Of a DNA stretch of 64,000 bases, positions 33,055 through 43,445 are shown one piece after another. The notes below the pieces were generated by a model. It was not told the DNA's origin. It ran no database searches and was given only the letters and a program-made list of their open reading frames with translations. Every line of letters begins with the position of its first letter. Positions within the stretch are counted from its first letter, which is position 1. The stretch lies in contig CP170459.1 of NCBI GenBank assembly GCA_047947115.1, positions 576,001-640,000 of the forward strand. Direction: 5' to 3'. Both the position numbers and the translations under genes were made by a program. The stretch comes from Verrucomicrobiota bacterium (GTDB lineage: Bacteria > Verrucomicrobiota > Verrucomicrobiia > Limisphaerales > AAA164-E04).

Positions 33055-34181
33055 ACGATTTGCCCCATCAAATCAAGCGATCGTTTTACCGGCATCCATT
33101 ACACCTGCTGCCGTGCCTGATCATGGTCTTGCTTTCGGGATGCGGTCAGGAACAGTACCCCCCCCCTCAAGGTACCGGGCAGATCTCAAACCTTAATCAG
33201 TCCCCCTCCCTTACCGGCGATTCCACCTCGATGGAGGCATCCATCCAAGTGGACTACACGCTGAGGCACGCCGCCTACTACACTGGTTCCTGTGATGGAT
33301 CGGGAGCCGTAGCCTTGGACCATGATCTTTTTGCGGTCGTCAACGACGAGACAAGCCAGTTGCTGGTCTATGCCCGCCAAGCTCCAGGCGCCCCCGTAAA
33401 GACAATCAGTTTGCACAAAGCGCTTGATCTTAAAAAAGGTGAAGAGGCCGATCTGGAAGCCATGGCACGCATTGAAGATCGAATATATGTGCTGGGCTCG
33501 CACTCCCGGGATCGGGAAGGGAAGAAAGAAAAGGAACGCCGAAAACTCCTCGCGGTTCGATTCAAATCCACCACAACCGGCCCACAACTTACCCCCATTG
33601 GGAAGGCGTATGAAGATCTGATGGATGACCTCACGGATCACGCCGCATTCGATTCCCTCCACCTGAAGGAAGCGACAAAAAAATCAGGTGATGATCCTAA
33701 AGGATTCAATTTGGAAGGACTGTGTGCCGGCCGGAACGGATGCCTGTGGCTCTGCTTCCGTGGACCGCGAGTGAATGATAAGGCCCTCCTGATCCCATTG
33801 AACAACCCGAAAGACGTCACAGCCGGTGCAAGAGCCCGATTTGGCGACCACGTCTTGTTGAACCTCGATGGCAGATCCATCCGTGGAGTGGACAACATCG
33901 AAGGACACATTGTCATCATCGCAGACGATGATTTCAAAGGGAGATCACCTGCCATTTATTTATGGGATGAATCCCAGTCCACCCCCACGCAATTAAGCAT
34001 CCCGGACCTGAACACATTCGATCCCGAATCCATCATCCTCTACCCGGACACCGGTCTGCAGGAACTACAAATACTCAGCGACGACGGCGGGCGCAGGCTT
34101 CTGAATAAGGACTGCAAAGACGAACCCAACCCGATCCTCAAACGCTTCCGAAGCGCCACCTACACCTGGCGCGGCAACTGA
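33051..34181 (+). CDS. DUF3616-like beta-propeller lipoprotein
   Basis: Lipobox LSGC, DLEA, GSHSR, FNLEGL, LSDDG. ATGA overlap with the GH13 stop. Confidence 0.75.
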   Translation: MNDLPHQIKRSFYRHPLHLLPCLIMVLLSGCGQEQYPPPQGTGQISNLNQSPSLTGDSTSMEASIQVDYTLRHAAYYTGSCDGSGAVALDHDLFAVVNDETSQLLVYARQAPGAPVKTISLHKALDLKKGEEADLEAMARIEDRIYVLGSHSRDREGKKEKERRKLLAVRFKSTTTGPQLTPIGKAYEDLMDDLTDHAAFDSLHLKEATKKSGDDPKGFNLEGLCAGRNGCLWLCFRGPRVNDKALLIPLNNPKDVTAGARARFGDHVLLNLDGRSIRGVDNIEGHIVIIADDDFKGRSPAIYLWDESQSTPTQLSIPDLNTFDPESIILYPDTGLQELQILSDDGGRRLLNKDCKDEPNPILKRFRSATYTWRGN

Positions 34182-34377
34182 ATCGACGCCTTTCAGTACT
34201 CAGGATGATTCACAGTTTATTATCCGCGGATGGGCGCAGATTTATTTACCAAAACCCATGTCCCAAATTCAGAATGCACTGTCATGATGGCTGCCACAAT
34301 CCCGGCAAAGCCTCAGGATCTCTATCTCCATCTGCGTTCATCCACAACATCTGCGGATAATCACCTAATCGAATTCG

Positions 34378-34701
34378 TCAAGGATTCCCTGCCCGCAACA
34401 AGCTCGGATCAGCAACCCTCCCCACGCGTCTCCTGCCTTTGGCTTGAACAACTCGATCACCCAGCACAGGACGAATCGCTTGTGCCTCCTTAAACAATCG
34501 TTCGACGACTTCGGGATGATTGGCCGCGACATTTTTCGTTTCCCCGATGTCGGCTTTCAAATCAAAAAACATCAGCGGAGATTCCGGTTCGTGTTTGCCC
34601 CAGTTGCGTTGCTTCGGGGTCATTGGGAGGTGGAGTTTCCAGCGCTCATCCCGAAGGGCCTGTGAATCAGGATACCCAAATACGAAAGCCCCCACCCACA
34701 C
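34378..34701 (-). pseudogene. C-terminal remnant of a sulfatase
   Basis: QALRDERWKLHLP...FDLKADIGETKNVAANHPEVVERL matches the C-terminus of the intact sulfatase at 5741-7216. No N-terminal or catalytic part is present. Confidence 0.75.
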
Positions 34702-34743
34702 TCAAAGTGCAGATGGGGGCCACAGGATGATTAGGCGTCTGGA

Positions 34744-36435
34744 CTAATCTTGTGTAGAAATGATGCGATAAAATCGCTGGCTGCGATCAGTAATGGAATC
34801 GCTCCACTGCATGGATTGTTGACCGTCTTCTGCCTGAAGGAGTCCATTAGCTGCATTCTTCCAATCCGACAAATCGTCCGAATACTGCACCTGGTATTGG
34901 TTGCCGGAACTGACCTCCCAAGCGATCTCGATCTGATTCACCCCTTCCAGGAAAGTGATGCCCGTCAAACGGAAAGAGCTGGTCTGACTCATATGCAGTA
35001 GCGCCTTGGCTCTGTCCTCACTATAACCCAACGCGGCAAAATCCAATCGACCCTGGTCTCCATGACAGTCGATGCACGACAAGGCATCTTCTTTTGGCGC
35101 AACCATATGGTTTTGGATCCAGAACATTTCCGTCTCCACATAGCCAACAGGCCCCTGGAACTCACGTCCTACGGCTGCCATACCAGCTTTCAGGGAAAGT
35201 TCCCAATCGTAAGATTTCCAGTAAGCGTTTGCATCGCTTCCGAACAAATGCGGCTGAGCCAAGGTACCGGCGCCCGCATCGAAAGGTTGGATGCCGGTGA
35301 ATCTTTTGACAGGGAAAATCCTTGCATTGGGATCCTCTATGCCGCCATGCAGTTTGTTGATGGAAACAAGTTGCCCTTCGCTGACGGCATCATCCAGCGT
35401 CACATAGGTAACCCCTCCATTGAACCAGACATACTCCGGCACCACATTCTCTTCCCATATAAACGAACCTTTTTTCGTGTCATAGGTAGGATTTCCATTT
35501 TCATCTTTCGTGACGATCGCAGATCCGTCCTCGTTCTTTTGACCAGCGGTCGTCCAATCCCAAAACATCTTGGTTGCTTTGCCACCTCGAGCATATTCAG
35601 GAATATGACATGTCTGACAGGCCAACCGCGCCGTGTGAGCGTCCAGGCGTTCGTGTTCGTGAGGAGCGTCGGAGTGACACGATTGGCACATTTGATTATC
35701 CGTTACAGAAGAAGGGTATCGCGTACCAGGGATTTGATGGTCTTCTGTGCGGTGGCAATTGGAGCATTGGAAATTCATGCCATCCTCAGCCATGTGAACG
35801 TCCAACGATCGATCCGGATGCAACAGGCTCGTATCCATATCACCATGCTTCACAGCATCCCCACCACCACCTTTGAAATGGCAGGCGCCACAAGTGGCAC
35901 GGCTGGTAGATCCGGCATTTTGAGCGATCATCGTAAGATCGGGAGGGAGCCACATATTACCGGAACCAGGAGGAAATTCTTTAGGCTCGGTCACGGGATG
36001 CCCCGCGCCTGTCGGAAATTTTTGATACGTTCCAGTCGTATCGTGACAGACAAGACAATCCACTTTTGATGCATCCATGAAGTCAAAGTTCTGGTCGGAA
36101 TACCCCACACCAACATGACAACTCGTGCAACGGGGTTCGTTGGAAGCAACAGAGATACAGTAGTTGTTAATCACATTTCGTTTCCCTAACACTTGCCCGG
36201 ACTCAGTATCCTCATGGTGCCAGGTCCAATGGGTCGTATCCATGACCTCTGATGCGGCCTTGGAATGGCACATGCTGCAGGTTTCGGCACCCTCATACGA
36301 GGTAATCAATTGATGCATGCGGGGTACAGCCGCTTGTGCACACACAATCAGGGAGCCAATAAGAGCCAAAAAAACGAGACGAACCAAGAGGATTGATGTG
36401 AGGGAATCCGATTTACATATACAAGAGTGCTTCAT
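34744..36435 (-). CDS. octaheme c-type cytochrome, tetrathionate reductase (OTR) family, with an extra C-terminal domain
   Basis: Signal peptide and 8 CxxCH motifs (CSMCH, CTSCH, CLVCH, CGACH, CSNCH, CQSCH, CQTCH, CIDCH). OTR-type GKRNVINNYC, GGGGDAVKHGD, HMVAPKEDAL. Confidence 0.88.
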   Translation of the reverse strand: MKHSCICKSDSLTSILLVRLVFLALIGSLIVCAQAAVPRMHQLITSYEGAETCSMCHSKAASEVMDTTHWTWHHEDTESGQVLGKRNVINNYCISVASNEPRCTSCHVGVGYSDQNFDFMDASKVDCLVCHDTTGTYQKFPTGAGHPVTEPKEFPPGSGNMWLPPDLTMIAQNAGSTSRATCGACHFKGGGGDAVKHGDMDTSLLHPDRSLDVHMAEDGMNFQCSNCHRTEDHQIPGTRYPSSVTDNQMCQSCHSDAPHEHERLDAHTARLACQTCHIPEYARGGKATKMFWDWTTAGQKNEDGSAIVTKDENGNPTYDTKKGSFIWEENVVPEYVWFNGGVTYVTLDDAVSEGQLVSINKLHGGIEDPNARIFPVKRFTGIQPFDAGAGTLAQPHLFGSDANAYWKSYDWELSLKAGMAAVGREFQGPVGYVETEMFWIQNHMVAPKEDALSCIDCHGDQGRLDFAALGYSEDRAKALLHMSQTSSFRLTGITFLEGVNQIEIAWEVSSGNQYQVQYSDDLSDWKNAANGLLQAEDGQQSMQWSDSITDRSQRFYRIISTQD

Positions 36436-36612
36436 GACATTATCCAGTTTTAATTCTACCCACCTAATCTCGCATGCTCACATGCTCATGCATTGCTTTT
36501 TTTACCAAAAAAAAAACACCACATCGCAACTGCGTGTCGATGAAAGTGTTTCAGGGGTTTCGGCAATCGTTCTTGAACAAAGTGATCTAGCTGCTCATCA
36601 TATTGTCTTCAT

Positions 36613-37404
36613 ATGCTTTCGTACCAAACTAATGCCATTGACCAGGAAAAACTTTCGGTTCGTATTGCCGAACTTCTGGACCTCTCGCGCCAATTGGGCG
36701 ATGCCTCAAGATCTTTGTGCATCCTCGGTGAAGGCAACACATCGGCGGCCATCGACGATGCCTGCCTGGCGGTCAAAGCAAGTGGCTCCGTGCTCGGATC
36801 GCTATCGGAATCAGACCTCACCGTCTGCGAACGCGCCCCTCTGACGGATGCTCTCGCCAATCGAAATTTGACCGATGCGGAAATGAAGGAACTCCTTCAA
36901 TCGGTCAAATGCGATCCAAAAGCCAAGAAGCCAAGCATCGAAACGATCTTCCATGCATGGTTGTTGACATTACCGAGCGTTGAGTATGTCGGGCATACCC
37001 ATTCATTGGACGCCAACAAAGTGCTTTGTTCACCCAGAGCCCGAGACTTTGCCGAGCGCCGTCTGTTCCCCGATGAAGTCGTGTTTTGTGGTGCCGCATC
37101 GGTGTTTGTTCCCTACACGGATCCAGGTTTACCCCTGGCACGTGAGATCCGGGATCGCGTCAAATCCTTCATCCAACATCAGGGCTACACTCCCAAGCTG
37201 ATCCTCCTGCAGAACCACGGCATCATCGCCATGGGACCGACCCCGGATTCTGTCATGGCCTGCACCTTGATGGCAGACAAAGCCGCAGCCATTTTCAGTG
37301 GCGCGGCAGCGATGGGCGGACCCAATTTCCTGACGCCTCAACATGTCGAACGCATCGCCACTCGTCCGGACGAACATGAACGACAAAAGCATCTGAACAC
37401 ATAA
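36613..37404 (+). CDS. class II aldolase/adducin family protein (probable rhamnulose/fuculose-1-P aldolase)
   Basis: GEGNTS, KASG, PSIET..H, HTH, LQNHG. Adjacent to rhamnulokinase. Confidence 0.85.
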   Translation: MLSYQTNAIDQEKLSVRIAELLDLSRQLGDASRSLCILGEGNTSAAIDDACLAVKASGSVLGSLSESDLTVCERAPLTDALANRNLTDAEMKELLQSVKCDPKAKKPSIETIFHAWLLTLPSVEYVGHTHSLDANKVLCSPRARDFAERRLFPDEVVFCGAASVFVPYTDPGLPLAREIRDRVKSFIQHQGYTPKLILLQNHGIIAMGPTPDSVMACTLMADKAAAIFSGAAAMGGPNFLTPQHVERIATRPDEHERQKHLNT

Positions 37405-37414
37405 GCAATTCATC

Positions 37415-38881
37415 ATGAGCCAACATCGTTACCTCGCATGCGATCTGGGCGCGGAAAGTGGCCGATTGATCCTTGGCATCCTGGAAGACGGTCGCCTCAG
37501 ACTGGAAGAAATCCATCGCTTTGCTAATACACCGATCCAATCAGGCGATTCCCTGCATTGGAACATCGACCAACTTCAATTGGAAATCGAAACAGGTCTC
37601 AAAAAAGCAGGCCGGTTGAACAAACAGTTCGAAAGCATCAGTTGCGATTCCTGGGGCGTCGACTACGTACTCTATGACCGGGAGGGCAAGCGCATGCAGC
37701 CAACCTATCATTACCGGGATCCCCGCACCGCGCTTGGAGTCGATACCATCATCCAACGCCTGCCTTGGGAAACCATCTTCAAGGAATCCGGCATTCAATT
37801 CATGCCGCTTAACGCACTGTTCCAGTTGGGCGCCGAAAAGCCTGAACGCCTGAGTTCGGCAAAAACCCTGGTCGGTATCGGAGATGCATTCAATCATTGG
37901 TTTGGAGGAAGGGCCGTTCTGGAACTATCCATGGCGAGCACCTTTCAACTTTACAATCCCAACACAAAAGATTGGTCTGACAAACTCGTAAAGGCTGCCG
38001 GTCTGAGCAAAGATCAACTCCCGGATATCGTTCAACCCGGAACACCGATCGGATCGTTGTCTGAGGCACTGATTGCACGGACAGGTTTGAATCGCATGCA
38101 AGTCGTTGCAAGCTGTTCCCACGACACTGGAGCAGCAGTGGCGGCAGTGCCGGCTCAAGGAGAAAACTGGGCGTACCTCAGTTCAGGCACCTGGTCTTTG
38201 ATGGGGGTGGAACGAAGAGATCCGGTCATCAACGATCAATCACTCCAACTGAACTACACCAATGAAATCGGCTATGGAGGTTCCATTCGTCTGCTTAAAA
38301 ACATCATTGGCATGTGGCTGATTCAGGAATGCCGACGCGCCTGGGAAATGGAAGGTGAAACACTGGACTACGAAACCATCACACGTATGGCGGGCGAAGC
38401 ACACGCCTTTCAATCATTGATTGACCCGACCGATCCACGATTTGTCCCTCCGGGAGGCATGCCCCGGCGCATCGCCGATTATTGCCGCGAGACCGGCCAA
38501 CCCGTTCCTGAAACCAAAGGAGCCATCATCCGTTGCGCTCTGGAGAGCCTGGCTTTGTTGTATCGCCAAACCCTGATCGATATCGAATCAATGACCGGCA
38601 ATCGCATCGACACCCTCCACATTGTCGGAGGCGGAAGCCGCAATCATTTATTGAATCAATGGACCGCCAACGCACTGGATCGCAAGGTCGTCGCAGGCCC
38701 AGTCGAAGCCACCGCCGCCGGCAATATTCTCATCCAGGCCCTGGCTCTCGGCCATCTGGACTCACTTGCATCGGCAAGAAAAGTTGTGTCCAACTCATTC
38801 CCCACCGAAACGTTCCACGCAACGGACCAAACACAATGGAATCAAGCGTTTGAAACTTTCAAACAACTGAGAGCAAGGTAA
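37415..38881 (+). CDS. rhaB: rhamnulokinase (FGGY family)
   Basis: ACDLGAESGR, DSWGVDY, HDTGAAV, SSGTWSLMG, LKNIIGMW, GPVEATAAGN. Confidence 0.9.
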   Translation: MSQHRYLACDLGAESGRLILGILEDGRLRLEEIHRFANTPIQSGDSLHWNIDQLQLEIETGLKKAGRLNKQFESISCDSWGVDYVLYDREGKRMQPTYHYRDPRTALGVDTIIQRLPWETIFKESGIQFMPLNALFQLGAEKPERLSSAKTLVGIGDAFNHWFGGRAVLELSMASTFQLYNPNTKDWSDKLVKAAGLSKDQLPDIVQPGTPIGSLSEALIARTGLNRMQVVASCSHDTGAAVAAVPAQGENWAYLSSGTWSLMGVERRDPVINDQSLQLNYTNEIGYGGSIRLLKNIIGMWLIQECRRAWEMEGETLDYETITRMAGEAHAFQSLIDPTDPRFVPPGGMPRRIADYCRETGQPVPETKGAIIRCALESLALLYRQTLIDIESMTGNRIDTLHIVGGGSRNHLLNQWTANALDRKVVAGPVEATAAGNILIQALALGHLDSLASARKVVSNSFPTETFHATDQTQWNQAFETFKQLRAR

Positions 38882-39037
38882 CACTTCATCTTTGTGCCTG
38901 ATCGTTCGGGTAATGGGTTGTCGTGGGATCGAATGTTGACGGCTTACTGACTGTATCCAGAGCGAAGCTGAACACGGCAGCAAAGCGTGTTTGTATCAGG
39001 CCCATTCCTTGAGCAGATTGCGAAGCATCGAAAATCC

Positions 39038-40009
39038 TCAACTTTTCGTCGACCGACGTTTCTTGGGGTGAAGGGATTTTCCAAGAATGTGGTCCGACCG
39101 GTCAATGACGTGGGAACTGGAGCCAACAATCAAGGGATCGGGAGGCCGGACGACGTGTTCATCCTTGTCCTTGTAAGGGAGCTCATTCAAAAAATGCAAC
39201 ATGCAGTTCAATCTGGCACGTTTTTTATCATCGGATTTGACGATCGTCCAAGGTGCATCGGCAATATCCGTGTAGAAAAACATGGCTTCCTTCGCTTCGG
39301 TGTATTCCGCCCATTTATCCAACGAAGCATTGTCGATCTGAGAGAGTTTCCATTGCTTCAAGGGATCCCTCCTGCGAGAGGAGAAACGACGACGTTGCTC
39401 CTCTTGCGTCACCGAAAACCAATACTTAAACAAACGAATTCCTGATCGGACAAGCATGCGTTCCAAGTCGGGGCATTGCCGCATGAATTCGAGGTATTGC
39501 TGCGGTGAACAAAAATCCATCACACGCTCCACTCCTGCCCGATTGTACCAAGAACGATCAAAGAAAACAATTTCACCGGCGGATGGTAAATGCTGGATAT
39601 AACGTTGAAAAAACCACTGGGACTTCTCGCGATCACTGGGCTTGTTCAAGGCAACCACCCGTGCCTTGCGGGGATTCAAGTGCTCCATGAAACGCTTAAT
39701 CGTTCCCCCTTTACCTGCGGCGTCTCTTCCCTCAAAGAGAACCACCACCTTTTCCCCTGTCTGCTCCACCCACTGTTGAAGCTTCAGAAGTTCCACTTGA
39801 AGCGCTGCCTTGTTCTTTTCATAGATGGCTCGCTTCAGTTTTGTCTGGTAGGGATATTCACCACTTTCAAATGCATACCTGATCTGGGCGGGGTCATGTC
39901 GCATCTTGCCCAATTGATGCAGCCGTTCCCCGGCACTGCGGTTTGTCTTTTTACTTACCTTTTTTCCAGCGCCAGCCGCAGAGGCTCCATTACTTTCTGA
40001 ATCACTCAT
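39038..40009 (-). CDS. ppk2: polyphosphate kinase 2
   Basis: FEGRDAAGKGG, FDRSWYNRAGVE, SDDKKRARLN. Start is probably ATG 40009. Confidence 0.95.
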   Translation of the reverse strand: MSDSESNGASAAGAGKKVSKKTNRSAGERLHQLGKMRHDPAQIRYAFESGEYPYQTKLKRAIYEKNKAALQVELLKLQQWVEQTGEKVVVLFEGRDAAGKGGTIKRFMEHLNPRKARVVALNKPSDREKSQWFFQRYIQHLPSAGEIVFFDRSWYNRAGVERVMDFCSPQQYLEFMRQCPDLERMLVRSGIRLFKYWFSVTQEEQRRRFSSRRRDPLKQWKLSQIDNASLDKWAEYTEAKEAMFFYTDIADAPWTIVKSDDKKRARLNCMLHFLNELPYKDKDEHVVRPPDPLIVGSSSHVIDRSDHILGKSLHPKKRRSTKS

Positions 40010-40208
40010 TACATCGAATGCATCGGTTCGAAATACTTTTAACTGTTGCGGACCCCCCTCATTGAGACCTATAAAACCCACAAATGCAACAAAAAGACAT
40101 GCCGACTGCTATTGCATTGGACTGGCCACCTCTGAGAGCTTCGTCATCTTCGATCCCATGTTGAAGGGGTGGTCTGCTGCTGAACCCGGATTGAAGTGGA
40201 TATCACTC

Positions 40209-41519
40209 TCAACAATCTCCACTCGTCACCAATTCCAGATCACGGACGATATATTTTTCGAATTCGTGATGGCATTGAGGCGGGATGCGCACTTTAAACA
40301 GGGCGTCGTTGCCTTCAAACTTCCTTTCCTCGACCTGTCCGATCTTGTACAAGCGGGACATCACCTGTGATTGTTCAAGCGGTATCTTGAGTTCGATGAA
40401 TTGTCGAATAGGTTTGAGCTGACGACCCAGTTCGGCGTAGAAGGCATCGAATCCTTGTTGGGTTTTGGCGGAGATGGCCACGGAAGGCTGATAGGTATCG
40501 AGATAATGATCCAACACACCGGGACTTTCCAGTTGATCGATCTTATTAAAGACCATCATGCATGGTTTTTCATGAGCCTTGATTTCTTCCAACACCGTGT
40601 TGACCGCTTGAATCTGCTCATCGACCTGCGGGTGACTGAGGTCGGTGACATGGATCAGCAAGTCAGCCTCCACCACTTCCTCAAGGGTTGCCTTGAACGC
40701 TTCAACCAGTCGATGCGGCAATTTCCGGATAAAACCCACCGTATCGGAGATGAGCACATTTTGGTTGGTCGGCAATCGCAGACGCCGGGTGGTAGGGTCC
40801 AATGTCGCAAACAACTTGTCCTCGGCCATTACTTCAGAGCCGGTCAGTGCGTTGAGCAGGGTGGATTTACCCGCGTTTGTGTAACCGACGATGGAAGCCA
40901 AGGGCCAGAGGTTGCGTTTCCGACCGGAGCGTTGCACTTCGCGTTGCTTGCGCACCAGTTCCAACTCTACCAGCAGACGCGCAATGCGCTCGGAAACTTT
41001 ACGGCGGTCGACTTCCAACTGAGATTCACCATCACCTCCGCGCATGCCGATGCCGCCTTTTTGTCGGGACAAGTGCGTCCAAAAGCGGGTAAGGCGGGGA
41101 AGCAAATACTTCAACTGTGCGAGTTCGACCTGAAGTTTACCTTCCTTGGTCTGGGCGCGTTGCGCAAAGATGTCGAGAATCAACGAGGTGCGATCAAGGA
41201 TTTTGCACTCAAATATTCTTTCCAGATTTCGTGCCTGGCCGGGAGAAAGTTCATCGTCGAAGATGACTGTGTCAATTTTGTCGATACGACATTCCTCCGC
41301 AAAGTCCTTGGCTTTGCCTGTTCCAATGAAGGTTCCGGCATTGGGTGCTTCGAGTTTCTGGAATCCTTGACCAACGATGGTTGCACCCGCAGTGCTTGCC
41401 AACTGGGAAAGTTCCGCCAGGGAATCCTGGATTTCCCAGGAGGTATGGGATTTGAACTGCGCTCCTATCAGGAAGGCGCGTTCAGTTGTTTTTCCAATGT
41501 TATCGAGTAATGCTTTCAA
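40209..41519 (-). CDS. hflX: GTPase HflX
   Basis: GYTNAGKST, LFATLDPT, DTVGF, NKID. Confidence 0.96.
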   Translation of the reverse strand: MKALLDNIGKTTERAFLIGAQFKSHTSWEIQDSLAELSQLASTAGATIVGQGFQKLEAPNAGTFIGTGKAKDFAEECRIDKIDTVIFDDELSPGQARNLERIFECKILDRTSLILDIFAQRAQTKEGKLQVELAQLKYLLPRLTRFWTHLSRQKGGIGMRGGDGESQLEVDRRKVSERIARLLVELELVRKQREVQRSGRKRNLWPLASIVGYTNAGKSTLLNALTGSEVMAEDKLFATLDPTTRRLRLPTNQNVLISDTVGFIRKLPHRLVEAFKATLEEVVEADLLIHVTDLSHPQVDEQIQAVNTVLEEIKAHEKPCMMVFNKIDQLESPGVLDHYLDTYQPSVAISAKTQQGFDAFYAELGRQLKPIRQFIELKIPLEQSQVMSRLYKIGQVEERKFEGNDALFKVRIPPQCHHEFEKYIVRDLELVTSGDC

Positions 41520-41607
41520 ATGAAATTAGGCTGCTGTTGTAAAAAACCAGGAGGCTTTTACCCTTTTTACCAGAGTGGACAATATGGGTAAACCATCAAA
41601 GGTTGAA

Positions 41608-41967
41608 TTATTGGTCGAGGATCTGGAGTTTGGAGTCCACCGACTTCACATGTTCCACGCCTGAAGCAATTTTAACGGCGCGTTGTTCAAGTGCTTTTGT
41701 TTCCACGTGACCATTGAGAGTGACCACTCCATCGAAAGTGTCCACATTGATCTCAAATGCCTTTATTTGTTCATCGGCGACAAAACGCGTCTTCACCCTG
41801 GTGGTGATGCCGGCGTCTCGGGCAACCGTGCCGGCAGAACGTTCGTCCTTGCCAATCGCATAACCAGCAGCTCCCGCCCCTCCGACCGCCAACCAGAAGC
41901 AGCCTGTTGAAGAGGCCAGCATAAAAATCAGCACCACAAAAGCACACATTGTTTTCATATTTGCCAT
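41608..41967 (-). CDS. BON-domain (OsmY-like) lipoprotein
   Basis: Lipobox STGC, DAGITTRVK, INVDTFDGVVTLNG, GVEHVKSV. Confidence 0.85.
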   Translation of the reverse strand: MANMKTMCAFVVLIFMLASSTGCFWLAVGGAGAAGYAIGKDERSAGTVARDAGITTRVKTRFVADEQIKAFEINVDTFDGVVTLNGHVETKALEQRAVKIASGVEHVKSVDSKLQILDQ

Positions 41968-41979
41968 ATTGACCGTGTG

Positions 41980-41994
41980 GCAAGTTTTATGCCA
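41980..41994 (-). promoter_or_regulatory. sigma-54 (-24/-12) promoter of the BON gene
   Basis: TGGCATAAAACTTGC (GG-N10-GC), 12 nt upstream of ATG 41967. Confidence 0.6.
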
Positions 41995-43438
41995 GCAGCT
42001 TTTCAACGACATTGCCATGTATATCCGTCAATCTGAAATCTCTCCCTTTGAATCGAAACGTCAGTCGCAGGTGATCCAGTCCCAGACAATGAAGTATGGT
42101 CGCCTGCAGGTCATGCACATGCACGGGATCTTTGACGACATGGTAACCCAGCTCATCCGTTTCACCGAGCGTCTGTCCCTTGCGTATGCCGCCGCCCGCC
42201 ATCCACATGGTAAATGCCGCAGGATGATGATCACGCCCATTGACTCGCCCCAGAGTGGCGTTGGATTCGACCATGGCGGTACGCCCGAATTCGCCTCCCC
42301 AGACAACAAGCGTGTCTTCCAGCAAACCACGCTGCTTGAGATCCCTTAACAAGGCGGCGCTGGCTTGGTCGGTTTGTTTGCATTGACTCTTCAGACCACC
42401 CACAACGTTTGAATGATGATCCCATCCTTCATGATACAGCTGAATAAAGCGCACGCCCCGCTCGACCAGGCGTCGTGCCAACAGACAGTTGTTTGCGAAC
42501 GATTCCTTGCCCGGCTCTGCGCCGTACATATTCATCGTCGCCTCGGTTTCCCCGGACAGATCCATGAGTTCAGGAGCGCTGGACTGCATCCGATAGGCCA
42601 TTTCGTAATTGTCAATGCGAGTTTGAATTTCCGGATCCTTCCAATCGGCCAGAGTCTGCTCATTCAAGGCATTGATCAATCCAATGGACCTTTCCTGAAT
42701 CGATCGATCAACCCCATGCGGACTGGACACGTTCAAAATGGGATCCCCTTTCGAACGAAAAGGAACACCGGCATGAACGGAAGGCAGAAACCCCGAACTC
42801 CAATTGGCAGCGCCCCCGCTGATCCCTCCGGCGGATTTCAACACCACGAAACCGGGCAAATCCGCGGACTCACTGCCCAGTCCGTAGGTGGCCCACGCTC
42901 CCATGGCGGGTCGGCCCGAAAGCGGGCTTCCGGTGTTCAGAAAGATTTGAGCAGGCGCATGATTGAACTGGTCTGTGTTCACCGATTTGATGATGCTGAT
43001 TTCGTCCACCATTTCACCTAGATGCGGCAGTATTTCGGACAGTTCGGCTTGGGATTGCCCATACCTGGCAAAGGAAAACTGGGGACCAAGAACCCCGGCA
43101 TCCGGCTCAATAAAAGCAAATCGCTGCTCCCCTACGATGGATTTGGGCAAAGGTTTCCCTTCGAGTTTTTTCAACTCGGGCTTGTAATCAAACAGATCCA
43201 ACTGACTCGGCGCACCCGCCATAAACAGGTAGATAACACGTTTGGCTTTCGGCGGAAAATGGGTCGGCTTGGGAGCGAGCGGATCCGGTGTGGTTTCCGC
43301 ACCAAGCAAACCATGGGGTTTCAACAATGACGCCAACGCCACCGAACCCAGTCCGACACCACAGTCCTGAAAAAAGTGACGCCGTGTTCGGTGCCTGAGT
43401 CGGTTCTGACGGCTTTGGAATGGATGATTCGAATACAT
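41987..43438 (-). CDS. DUF1501 protein (Tat-exported)
   Basis: [47 protein letters not shown]. Confidence 0.93.
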   Translation of the reverse strand: MYSNHPFQSRQNRLRHRTRRHFFQDCGVGLGSVALASLLKPHGLLGAETTPDPLAPKPTHFPPKAKRVIYLFMAGAPSQLDLFDYKPELKKLEGKPLPKSIVGEQRFAFIEPDAGVLGPQFSFARYGQSQAELSEILPHLGEMVDEISIIKSVNTDQFNHAPAQIFLNTGSPLSGRPAMGAWATYGLGSESADLPGFVVLKSAGGISGGAANWSSGFLPSVHAGVPFRSKGDPILNVSSPHGVDRSIQERSIGLINALNEQTLADWKDPEIQTRIDNYEMAYRMQSSAPELMDLSGETEATMNMYGAEPGKESFANNCLLARRLVERGVRFIQLYHEGWDHHSNVVGGLKSQCKQTDQASAALLRDLKQRGLLEDTLVVWGGEFGRTAMVESNATLGRVNGRDHHPAAFTMWMAGGGIRKGQTLGETDELGYHVVKDPVHVHDLQATILHCLGLDHLRLTFRFKGRDFRLTDIHGNVVEKLLA

Positions 43439-43445
43439 GATCTTA

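Noticed and set aside
36473..36518. CATGCTCA tandem duplication and T/A homopolymer tracts upstream of the octaheme gene
   Set aside because: Too short to call an operator or phase-variation tract, and no FNR/CRP box was recognised.
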